This document shows, piece by piece, positions 1 through 7,660 of a stretch of DNA of 39,601 nt. A program made the translations under genes and the position numbers. The notes under the pieces were generated by a model, which saw only the letters and a program-made list of their open reading frames with translations, did no database searches and had not been told where the DNA came from. How positions within the stretch are numbered: the first letter of the stretch is position 1; each line of letters starts with the position of its first letter. Source of the DNA: Thermodesulfobacteriota bacterium (GTDB taxonomy: Bacteria > Desulfobacterota > Desulfobulbia > Desulfobulbales > SURF-16); the NCBI GenBank assembly GCA_039715015.1, contig JBDLIE010000023.1, positions 1 through 39,601 on the forward strand, in the 5' to 3' direction.

Positions 1-1
1 T

Positions 2-241
2 TGCCGCGAAGGAGAACTCCACGAATTTGGCTGTCCGGTTGAGGTCTGCCCGTGGTGTGACGGCCAACTCACCAGCTGCGATTGCCGATTTAAACAGCTT
101 GGCGTGAGTGAAATCAGCGCCGAAAGACAGCTAGACCAATTCCAGCAATTAGCCAAAAAGAAAGGCCGCATCCCATTTGATGCGGCCTCCCAGCGCCCAG
201 CCTATCCCACTGCTGGTGATGAACCTAAAAACCCTCAGTAG
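2..241 (+). CDS. Partial (5'-truncated) Cys-rich hypothetical protein, probable zinc-binding
   Basis: Manual translation of frame 2: CREGELHEFGCPVEVCPWCDGQLTSCDCRFKQLG...KNPQ*, open from the window edge to TAG at 239-241; converges on hflC; not in the ORF track because its start lies upstream. Confidence 0.75.
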   Translation, partial: CREGELHEFGCPVEVCPWCDGQLTSCDCRFKQLGVSEISAERQLDQFQQLAKKKGRIPFDAASQRPAYPTAGDEPKNPQ

Positions 242-255
242 GCAATCTGGCCCAC

Positions 256-1173
256 CTATTTCTTGTCGAAGTATTTGTAGAACTCGGAATCAGAGGAAAG
301 AAGAAGCTTGGTGTTGGCATTCACCGTCTTGCCATAGCTCTCCAGACTTTTGGAAAAAGCATAGAACTCTGGATCCTTATTATAGGCCTCAGAATAAATC
401 TTTGCTGCTGCCGCATCTGCACGCCCCTTGATCTCTGCCGCCTCGCGCTGGGCACCGGAGGTGATATCCTTCAGCTCACGTTCAAGCTTACCGAGAATCT
501 CCGCCTTCTTCCCCTCACCGATGGAGCGTTTTTCAGCAGCTATACGCTTACGCTCGGAGATCATGCGCTGATAGACCTTACTGCGCACTGATTCAATATA
601 ATTGACCCTCTTGAACATAACGTCAACAAGCTCAATGCCGTATTTCGGGGTAATCTCCGAGGCATTTTTAAAAATAAGTTCAGCAATCTTATCGCGACCA
701 AGAACAACTTCTTCCTTGTCACCCTTATCATTTCCCACCAAGGCCTGATCCCAATCAGAACTCCGAATGATCTCAACAAGATTGTTTTTATTAACAACAT
801 CTCGGACAGCAGAGTCGATGATATCATCGAGAACTGCCTGGGCCCCTGTGTAATCGCGGACGGCCTGCATAAAAACCATGGCATCCTTGATACGCCAACG
901 GGCTGTAGTATCTAAAAAGATGAAGGTTTTATCATGGGTTGGCACCTGATTAGGCTTACCATCCCAGATAAGAACCCTCTTCTCCAGATAACGAACCTTC
1001 TGGATGACGGGCAGTTTAAAATGAGGCCCGGCATTGACTACTGGTTCCCCAACCGGGGCACCAAGTTGGGTGACCACGGCCTGCTGGCCTTCAGGGAGGA
1101 TGTAAAACCCATCCCAGACGACCAAGGCCGCCACCAGGACAAGAAAGAGAAGTGCTGATTTACCGATTTTCAT
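256..1173 (-). CDS. hflC: FtsH protease modulator HflC (SPFH/band-7)
   Basis: N-terminal TM, SPFH domain (GPHFKLP..Q.V...EKR), YQRMISER motif, 'AYNKDPEFYAFSKSLESY' C-terminus; downstream of hflK. Confidence 0.95.
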   Translation of the reverse strand: MKIGKSALLFLVLVAALVVWDGFYILPEGQQAVVTQLGAPVGEPVVNAGPHFKLPVIQKVRYLEKRVLIWDGKPNQVPTHDKTFIFLDTTARWRIKDAMVFMQAVRDYTGAQAVLDDIIDSAVRDVVNKNNLVEIIRSSDWDQALVGNDKGDKEEVVLGRDKIAELIFKNASEITPKYGIELVDVMFKRVNYIESVRSKVYQRMISERKRIAAEKRSIGEGKKAEILGKLERELKDITSGAQREAAEIKGRADAAAAKIYSEAYNKDPEFYAFSKSLESYGKTVNANTKLLLSSDSEFYKYFDKK

Positions 1174-1255
1174 GGAAATTCCTCTTTATTTTCTAAGGCA
1201 CCCTTCCTTGGAAGGCTGCCTTTTAGATATAATAAAATTAGATACCGTAACAGGC

Positions 1256-2356
1256 CTATTTTTTGGCAGGACCAACGTTGAGCAATGGCAACAGGGAGCG
1301 CTGCTCCTTGTCAATCACATATACCTCACTGACCTTAGGCAGTACTGCTTCCATGGTCTCAAGATACAATCTTTTTCGCGTTACAGTTTTTGCCTTTTGG
1401 TACTCTTCAAGAACTGACAGAAATCGAGCGGTATCACCCTTGGCCACATTGGTCCGCTCAATGGCATAGCCATGGGCGCCCTCAATGGTGCCCTTAGCAA
1501 AACCGCGGGCCTGGGGAATAACCTTGTTGTATTGCTGCTCTGCCTCATTGACCAAACGCTTCATATCCTGATCCGCCTCATTCACCTCATTAAAGGCAGG
1601 TTTCACCGCATCAGGGGGGGTAACATCCTTGAGACGCACCTCACCGATATGAACGCCACTATTATAATCATTGAGAGTCTTCTGCAGCTCGTGTGCAACC
1701 TCGCCCCCTAACATCTCACGATTATTAAGGACATAGTCAAAACCGTGATTACCCACCTTACGGCGCATGACCATCTCAGAAACATCGCGCACCGCTTGGG
1801 GAACGTTACGAACGTTAAAGGCAAACATATAAGGATCCCTAACCTGATATTGAACAATCCACTCAACATCAATAACGTTCTTGTCTCCGGTGAGCATCAG
1901 GGATTCGGTGGTGTATCCTGTTTTGGCAAAAACGGACTTCTGTATCTGTGAACGGGAGCGGAAACCAAATTCCTCCTTACGGATCTCGGAGACAGAAACC
2001 TTGAATACCTCATCAAGAAAAGGCATCTTGAGATGGGGGCCAGGCTCGGTCAAGGTATAGAACTTACCCAGGCGGAGAACTACACCCCTTTCACCCTTTG
2101 CCTCGTCAAGGGTGTAAAAAGAGGAACGCAAAACAACGATACCGACAATAACGAGGATAATAAGGCCGAAGGCACCGATCCCTCCCTTAAAATTAGGGGT
2201 GCCGGAGCCGGAGCCGGAGCGCGAACCATCACCACTACCGCCGCCGCCTTCAAAACTTTCCTTAATCTTTTTGAGCAGGGCTGCAATAAGATCCTCTGGA
2301 GAGGATGGACCTTTTTTCTTGCCCCACTGGGGCGGCTGCTCATCTTGCCAGGACAT
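1256..2356 (-). CDS. hflK: FtsH protease modulator HflK
   Basis: MSW...PWG N-terminus, Gly-rich linker, TM, MLTGDKN motif, V.PAFNEV..A.QD, VTRKRLYLETME; SD AAGGAG upstream. Confidence 0.95.
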   Translation of the reverse strand: MSWQDEQPPQWGKKKGPSSPEDLIAALLKKIKESFEGGGGSGDGSRSGSGSGTPNFKGGIGAFGLIILVIVGIVVLRSSFYTLDEAKGERGVVLRLGKFYTLTEPGPHLKMPFLDEVFKVSVSEIRKEEFGFRSRSQIQKSVFAKTGYTTESLMLTGDKNVIDVEWIVQYQVRDPYMFAFNVRNVPQAVRDVSEMVMRRKVGNHGFDYVLNNREMLGGEVAHELQKTLNDYNSGVHIGEVRLKDVTPPDAVKPAFNEVNEADQDMKRLVNEAEQQYNKVIPQARGFAKGTIEGAHGYAIERTNVAKGDTARFLSVLEEYQKAKTVTRKRLYLETMEAVLPKVSEVYVIDKEQRSLLPLLNVGPAKK

Positions 2357-2484
2357 AATGTTCTCCTTTATTTATTTAACACATCAAACTGACCCATTCA
2401 TGAGAACCTCTATAAAAAGGGGAAAACTCTCTCATCTTGGCCAGCAGTAGCAAAAATACAGTTTCATCTATTTGTAACTATTTT

Positions 2485-3384
2485 TCAACCGAAAACCAAA
2501 GCCTGCTTCCAGGCCTGCCAAAGAACTGTAACAACTGAAAAAAACAGAATAAATTGCATTAAAAAGCCAGGGTAGTGGCCAGCAAACTGGCGACCAATAG
2601 AAGTCAAAACACCGAGCACCACCCCAACCACAAACCCCCAAAAATGAGCGCCCAGATCAACACGTTCTCCACCTGTTCCTAACATGGCCAGCAGTCCAAG
2701 ACCTGCTCCCAGGGCAAGTAGCGCTCCCTGCCACCTGCGGCGCCGGACAATCTCTAACCCACAGGAAAGTCCCACCGCACCAAAAACGGCGGTGGAAAAG
2801 CCAACCGACAGATGCTGGCTCCGGTGAAAAACTATATTGAGGAAATTACCACTTATGCCGGCACAGAGGATCAGGGCCCAGCCTAGTCCCGTGCCCAGGA
2901 CCTTGCAGAGCAGATGGATAATGCCGCCACCCAGCACCACATTACCGGCGAGATGAACCACATCGGCATGGAGGGTAAGGGCCGTTGCCAGCCGCCACCA
3001 CTGCTGATCGCCGATAATGGCTTCTCTATTCACCGCCCCTTGCGTAAACCACAGCGAATTGTCCTGCCACGAACCGGTCTTGCAGAAGAAGAGAACAAAA
3101 AAAACCATGATTAACAGGGTGGGTGGTTTAAAATGGGCTTTATCCCGATATCGCTCGCCAGTGTCAACCTGGGGGGTATTTTCCTCTTCATAGAGGAAGA
3201 TCTGATGCTGGGCAGCATGGACACTCTCCTTGGTTACCCAGATAGCAAAATCATCCTGCCTGCTGCCAACAAAATGGGGGATTGCCACGGCACTCAACAC
3301 CAATGACCAGAGATGCATCTCGCTGGCATCTCTGGCAACAATGGCCTCTGTGGCCTCACCGTTTTCCTGATCGTCAAAAATCAT
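2485..3384 (-). CDS. Rhomboid family intramembrane serine protease with N-terminal soluble domain
   Basis: WWRL, H...HL.GN, catalytic GFS (GxS) and AHFWG motifs, multiple TMs. Confidence 0.9.
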   Translation of the reverse strand: MIFDDQENGEATEAIVARDASEMHLWSLVLSAVAIPHFVGSRQDDFAIWVTKESVHAAQHQIFLYEEENTPQVDTGERYRDKAHFKPPTLLIMVFFVLFFCKTGSWQDNSLWFTQGAVNREAIIGDQQWWRLATALTLHADVVHLAGNVVLGGGIIHLLCKVLGTGLGWALILCAGISGNFLNIVFHRSQHLSVGFSTAVFGAVGLSCGLEIVRRRRWQGALLALGAGLGLLAMLGTGGERVDLGAHFWGFVVGVVLGVLTSIGRQFAGHYPGFLMQFILFFSVVTVLWQAWKQALVFG

Positions 3385-3492
3385 TCTTGCGCATCCGAAA
3401 CAGTTGGGTAGTATGCATTCCTTGGCAAATCATGACCAGGAAGCGCATTTAAATTGTCTTCTGCCCTCACTTTCCTGCTCTTGGAGCACAGT

Positions 3493-4908
3493 ATGCACTC
3501 TTCAAGCTATAATCCAGATTATTTCAAAAAAACACTGATTGAACTCATACCGGTGCTGGTCAACTATCTGGAAAGCTCCACCCAGGAAGGCCAAAAAGTT
3601 CTGATCCAAAAACCAATTGACCACATTCTTACGGAGCTCAATTTCAACAAACATACCAGTGAGGGCGGCGGCACATTGCCGGAGATCATCACCACCCTGC
3701 TTGGCCACTGCAACCATATGCTTGATCCCCGATATATTGGCCACCAGGTTGCCGTGCCCATGATGCCCGCCATCTTTGCTGATCTTGTCAATGGCCTGAC
3801 AAACAATGCCATGCCTGTCTATGAGATGGGCCCAGCGGCCACTGCTGTTGAACGCGGCCTGATCTCCTGGTTTCTCGGCAAAACAGGTTGGCAGGCAAAC
3901 GGCGACGGTGTTCTCACCCACGGTGGCAGCCTTGCCAACCAGACCTGCTTGCTAGCAGCCAGAGCCCGGGCATTGCCCCAGGCTTGGGAACAAGGAGTGG
4001 ATGGCAGTGCCGTCATCCTGGCCTCGGAGGCCTGCCATTATTCCATTGCTAAGATGGCCGCCATCCTTGGTCTTGGTACTGCTCAGGTTATTCCTGTTGC
4101 GGCTGATGAATTCTTAAGAATGCGTCAGGACGCCCTGACAGAGATCTGCGCCCAGCAAAAAGCTGACGGCAAAAAAATTATTGCCGTGGTTGCCAATGCC
4201 TGCGTTACTGCCACCGGCCTCTATGATCATCTCAGGCCCATTGGCGAGTTCTGCCGCAAGGAGGAAATCTGGCTCCATGTTGATGGTGCCCATGGCGCCT
4301 CGGCCCTGGTCTCGGATAAATACCGCCAGCTTCTTGACGGCATTGAGCTTGCCGACTCGCTGACCTGGGACACTCACAAAATGCTGGGCACAGCCGCCCT
4401 CTGTGGCGCTGCCCTTTTCCGCAACAAAGAAAGTCTTGATGCCACCTTTCACCAGGACGGCACCTATCTTTTTACTGACCAGGAAAAGATAGGTATGGAC
4501 ATTTCCCAGCGTACGGTGGAATGCACCAAATCAATGATGGGCCTCAAACTTTTTTTCAACCTTGCTGTTCTAGGCGAAAAAGGCATGGCCGCCCATATTG
4601 ATACACTTTACGATAACACCCGCCGCTTTTATAAGATCATTAATGAGCGAGCCGGTTTTTTCTGCCCCTGTCCTCCTGAGGCCAATGTCCTCTGTTTTCG
4701 CTATGGCAGAGGCTCGAACCTGCAGGATATGCTCAGGCAAAAACTGGTAGAAGAGGGAGATTTTTATATTACCAGGGCAACAGTCCATGGCAAAAGCTAT
4801 CTTCGCCTTTCAGTGATGAACCCATTGACCGAAGAAAAACACATTATTAAGCTCTGTGAACGTCTGGAAAAATTGGCAGAAAATCTTGGCTTTGAGGAGA
4901 AAACATGA
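3493..4908 (+). CDS. PLP-dependent group II amino-acid decarboxylase (DABA/glutamate/aromatic decarboxylase family)
   Basis: GGSLAN, HYSI.K, WLHVDGAHG, DSLTWDTHK (PLP Lys) motifs; start moved to ATG 3493 behind GGAG at 3483-3486. Confidence 0.9.
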   Translation: MHSSSYNPDYFKKTLIELIPVLVNYLESSTQEGQKVLIQKPIDHILTELNFNKHTSEGGGTLPEIITTLLGHCNHMLDPRYIGHQVAVPMMPAIFADLVNGLTNNAMPVYEMGPAATAVERGLISWFLGKTGWQANGDGVLTHGGSLANQTCLLAARARALPQAWEQGVDGSAVILASEACHYSIAKMAAILGLGTAQVIPVAADEFLRMRQDALTEICAQQKADGKKIIAVVANACVTATGLYDHLRPIGEFCRKEEIWLHVDGAHGASALVSDKYRQLLDGIELADSLTWDTHKMLGTAALCGAALFRNKESLDATFHQDGTYLFTDQEKIGMDISQRTVECTKSMMGLKLFFNLAVLGEKGMAAHIDTLYDNTRRFYKIINERAGFFCPCPPEANVLCFRYGRGSNLQDMLRQKLVEEGDFYITRATVHGKSYLRLSVMNPLTEEKHIIKLCERLEKLAENLGFEEKT

Positions 4909-5702
4909 CAAGCCCGAATAAGGAAGAGATGGCCAATGAACTGGCTATGCTCACCGACGCCACCCGCAGGCTTTGTAAATTACACGGCACCCTCGGCCTT
5001 GAGTATCCTAACACAGCAGGGTTTGCCAACATCCCCGCCACCCCGACAGCAAGTCAGCCCCCGGTCTCTAAAGGACAACCAAAGGTCCGTTCTTCAAGGC
5101 CACCCGCAGGCCACCAAGAGCCCCCTGCTTTTTGTGCAGAGGATGTTGCCACCTTAAATGACACCATCAGCCATTGTGAGCGCTGCCTGGCAGAGGACAA
5201 ACGGCCCACCCCCCTTTTCGGTAAAGGAAAACAGGACCGACCGGCCCTGCTTATCATCGGCGATGCCGCCGCCAGCCGTGGAGATGTTGAGCGGGGAAGA
5301 ATTTTCCAGGATGAGGCAGAGAAACTGCTCATTAAAATGCTGGCCGCCATCAACCTAAACGAGGGCGATGTCTTTCAAGCCAACATAATCAGATGTGCCA
5401 TAGACACCAATGAGGTCCCCCAAGAGACACAGCTCCAAAACTGTCTCCCCCATCTCATAAAACAAATCACCCTCTTGCGCCCCCAGATCATCTGCACCAT
5501 GGGCCAGCTCGCCAGCCAGGCTCTCCTAGAAAACAAGAACCAACTCATTGCCCTGCGCGGCCGTTTCCATCAGTTTAAAAACATCCCGCTGATGGCTACC
5601 TATCATCCAAACCAACTTCTTCAGGTTCCTGACCTTAAAAAGGCGGCCTGGTATGACCTGCAGCTTATCCAATATAAGCTCGGCAAATTAAAAGAGCGTT
5701 AA
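4905..5702 (+). CDS. Uracil-DNA glycosylase family 4-like protein (degenerate motif A)
   Basis: CxxC...C...C Fe-S ligands, ANIIRC, ATYHP, K..AW.DL; ATGA overlap with the decarboxylase stop; GE(A/G)PG replaced by GDAAA. Confidence 0.85.
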   Translation: MTSPNKEEMANELAMLTDATRRLCKLHGTLGLEYPNTAGFANIPATPTASQPPVSKGQPKVRSSRPPAGHQEPPAFCAEDVATLNDTISHCERCLAEDKRPTPLFGKGKQDRPALLIIGDAAASRGDVERGRIFQDEAEKLLIKMLAAINLNEGDVFQANIIRCAIDTNEVPQETQLQNCLPHLIKQITLLRPQIICTMGQLASQALLENKNQLIALRGRFHQFKNIPLMATYHPNQLLQVPDLKKAAWYDLQLIQYKLGKLKER

Positions 5703-5722
5703 AACGCTCCCTTAACGACACG

Positions 5723-6622
5723 CTAGAGATCTTCAGGGGTAAAACCAACCACCTCATCGATGGCCGTAGCCCCGGTGAGGAGCATAATGAGACGGTCTAC
5801 CCCAAGGGCAATACCGTAGGCCGTATCTATTTTTTCAAGAGCAGCTAGAAATTTTCCTGGAAATTCACCAAAGGATCGGCCCTGGCTCTTGGCGACCTCA
5901 ATCTCCTCCTCAAAGCGATCCTTCTGCTCCTCTGAATCGGTAAGCTCTGAAAAGCCGTTGGCAAGTTCCATGCCGCGCACATAAAGTTCAAATCGCTCGG
6001 CGACTTCAGGATCTTGTGGGCTCGTCTTGGCCAGAGAGCCAAGGGCAACGGGGTAGTTATAGAGAAAACATGGCCGATCATGGCCCAAATGCGGCTCCAC
6101 ATACTTAACCAGCATCTCATCAAACACGTCCTCTTCAAGGGCCTTGCCCACAGAAACCGGGGCATGAAGGGCAAAGGCATCGTGGACCGTCAGTCTCTGC
6201 CACTCAGTCTGTAAAAACAGGCTGATGATCTCCTGAGCATACCCTTCATCCTTCACAAATCTCCTTGCCAGATCCCTGAGGAAGATCTCTGTCTCTCTCA
6301 TCAAATCCTGATAGTCGCCGCCAAGACGATACCACTCCAACATTGTAAACTCCGGCAGGTGGCGGCTGCCCCTTTCTTTAGCTCTAAAACACTTGCATAT
6401 CTGAAAGAGCCTGGGAGCACCGGCAGCGAGCAACCGTTTCATGCAGAGTTCAGGTGAGGTCTGTAAAAACCAGGATGCTGAAGACAACGGCAGAATATTG
6501 GCCTCCGGAATGAGGGCAGGAAGACGGATGGGGGTTTCAACCTCAAGATAGTTGTGTGCCTCAAAAAAAAAGCGGGCCGCCTGGATAATGGCAGCCCGCT
6601 TTTTAAGAACTTGCAGATTCAT
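5723..6622 (-). CDS. epmA: EF-P lysine aminoacylase EpmA (GenX/PoxA)
   Basis: LEVETP, LQTSPELCMKRLL, FR..E....H.PEFTMLEWY, ERFELY..G.ELANGFSEL, GIALGVDRL; LysRS catalytic domain without anticodon domain; adjacent to efp. Confidence 0.95.
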   Translation of the reverse strand: MNLQVLKKRAAIIQAARFFFEAHNYLEVETPIRLPALIPEANILPLSSASWFLQTSPELCMKRLLAAGAPRLFQICKCFRAKERGSRHLPEFTMLEWYRLGGDYQDLMRETEIFLRDLARRFVKDEGYAQEIISLFLQTEWQRLTVHDAFALHAPVSVGKALEEDVFDEMLVKYVEPHLGHDRPCFLYNYPVALGSLAKTSPQDPEVAERFELYVRGMELANGFSELTDSEEQKDRFEEEIEVAKSQGRSFGEFPGKFLAALEKIDTAYGIALGVDRLIMLLTGATAIDEVVGFTPEDL

Positions 6623-6634
6623 TAGTGAAACAGC

Positions 6635-7198
6635 CTACTCTTTCACCCGGGTAATATAGTCACCGGTACGGGTATCTATCTGAATTTTCTCTCCCTCTTC
6701 AACAAAGGGCGGCACCTGGAGCTCGTACCCGGTCTCCACGGTTACCGGCTTGGTGTCGGTTCCGGAGGTATCGCCCTTTACCCACGGGTCAGACTTGGTA
6801 ACGGTAAGATTGACAAAATTTGGCAGGGTGACGCCTATGGGACTGTCATTAAAGAGGAGAACATCAACATCCATATTATCAACCATAAATTGGATGACAT
6901 CATCGAGCTTCTCTTTGAGAATGATGTATTGCTCAAAACTCTTGTTGTCCATGAAATGAAATTCGTCCCCTTGGTTGTAAAGGAACTGCATCTGCCGTTC
7001 ATCAAGGGGCGCTTTTTTGAATTTTTCATTGGAACGGTACGTTTTATCAAAGGCATTGCCGGTAACCATATTCTTCAAACGGCAGCGGTAAAGAGACTGA
7101 CCTTTTCCTGGCTTGGAAAATTCAAAATTGGTAATCACATAGGGCTCGCCGTCAATCTCTATCTTCAGGCCTTTGCGCAAATCTGAGGAGGTATACAT
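6635..7198 (-). CDS. efp: Elongation factor P
   Basis: KPGKG loop (modifiable Lys), KGDT, ETG..L.VP.F...GE.I.IDTRTG.Y motifs. Confidence 0.98.
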   Translation of the reverse strand: MYTSSDLRKGLKIEIDGEPYVITNFEFSKPGKGQSLYRCRLKNMVTGNAFDKTYRSNEKFKKAPLDERQMQFLYNQGDEFHFMDNKSFEQYIILKEKLDDVIQFMVDNMDVDVLLFNDSPIGVTLPNFVNLTVTKSDPWVKGDTSGTDTKPVTVETGYELQVPPFVEEGEKIQIDTRTGDYITRVKE

Positions 7199-7272
7199 AG
7201 AATCACTTTCGGTATTTTTTCATCTCAACAACAAGGAAACAGGAAGATTTGTACTCCACTTGCCTGGGAGAA

Positions 7273-7638
7273 TCAAGCCGTGACAATCTCTTTTTTGCTG
7301 ATGGCTTCGGCCTTAATACGGTCAAGAAGATCCGCAAGGGCCGGCTTGACATTTTCCCTGATGTCGCCAGCGACAATCATAAACAGCAGGTCATCGCCGG
7401 GCAGAAAACGCCCTTCCTTAGCTTCGATAACGATATCGAAGATACCTTCTCGTTGGAGGAATTCCTGACGGATCTCCTCCACCTTTTCCTGGTTGGGGCT
7501 TACCTCCAGGTATTCCACCTGGTCTCGGCTCTGTCGCGACCAGGCCCGCACCACACCGTTATGAACCAGGAGCATACCAACATTCTGGGCAAAATCCGGT
7601 TTTTCTTTCATGGCAGCAATGGCCTTTGAAATATCCAT
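7273..7638 (-). CDS. moaE: MoaE-like molybdopterin synthase catalytic subunit
   Basis: GM...H.GVVR, G...PGDDL....VAGDIRE, LDRIK.....KKE, a MoaE fold signature in the short variant. Confidence 0.8.
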   Translation of the reverse strand: MDISKAIAAMKEKPDFAQNVGMLLVHNGVVRAWSRQSRDQVEYLEVSPNQEKVEEIRQEFLQREGIFDIVIEAKEGRFLPGDDLLFMIVAGDIRENVKPALADLLDRIKAEAISKKEIVTA

Positions 7639-7660
7639 ACTCTTCTTCCTCTTACATAAA

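Noticed and set aside
2201..2220. GCCGGA x3 short repeat in hflK
   Set aside because: Encodes the ordinary Gly/Ser linker of HflK; not a contingency locus
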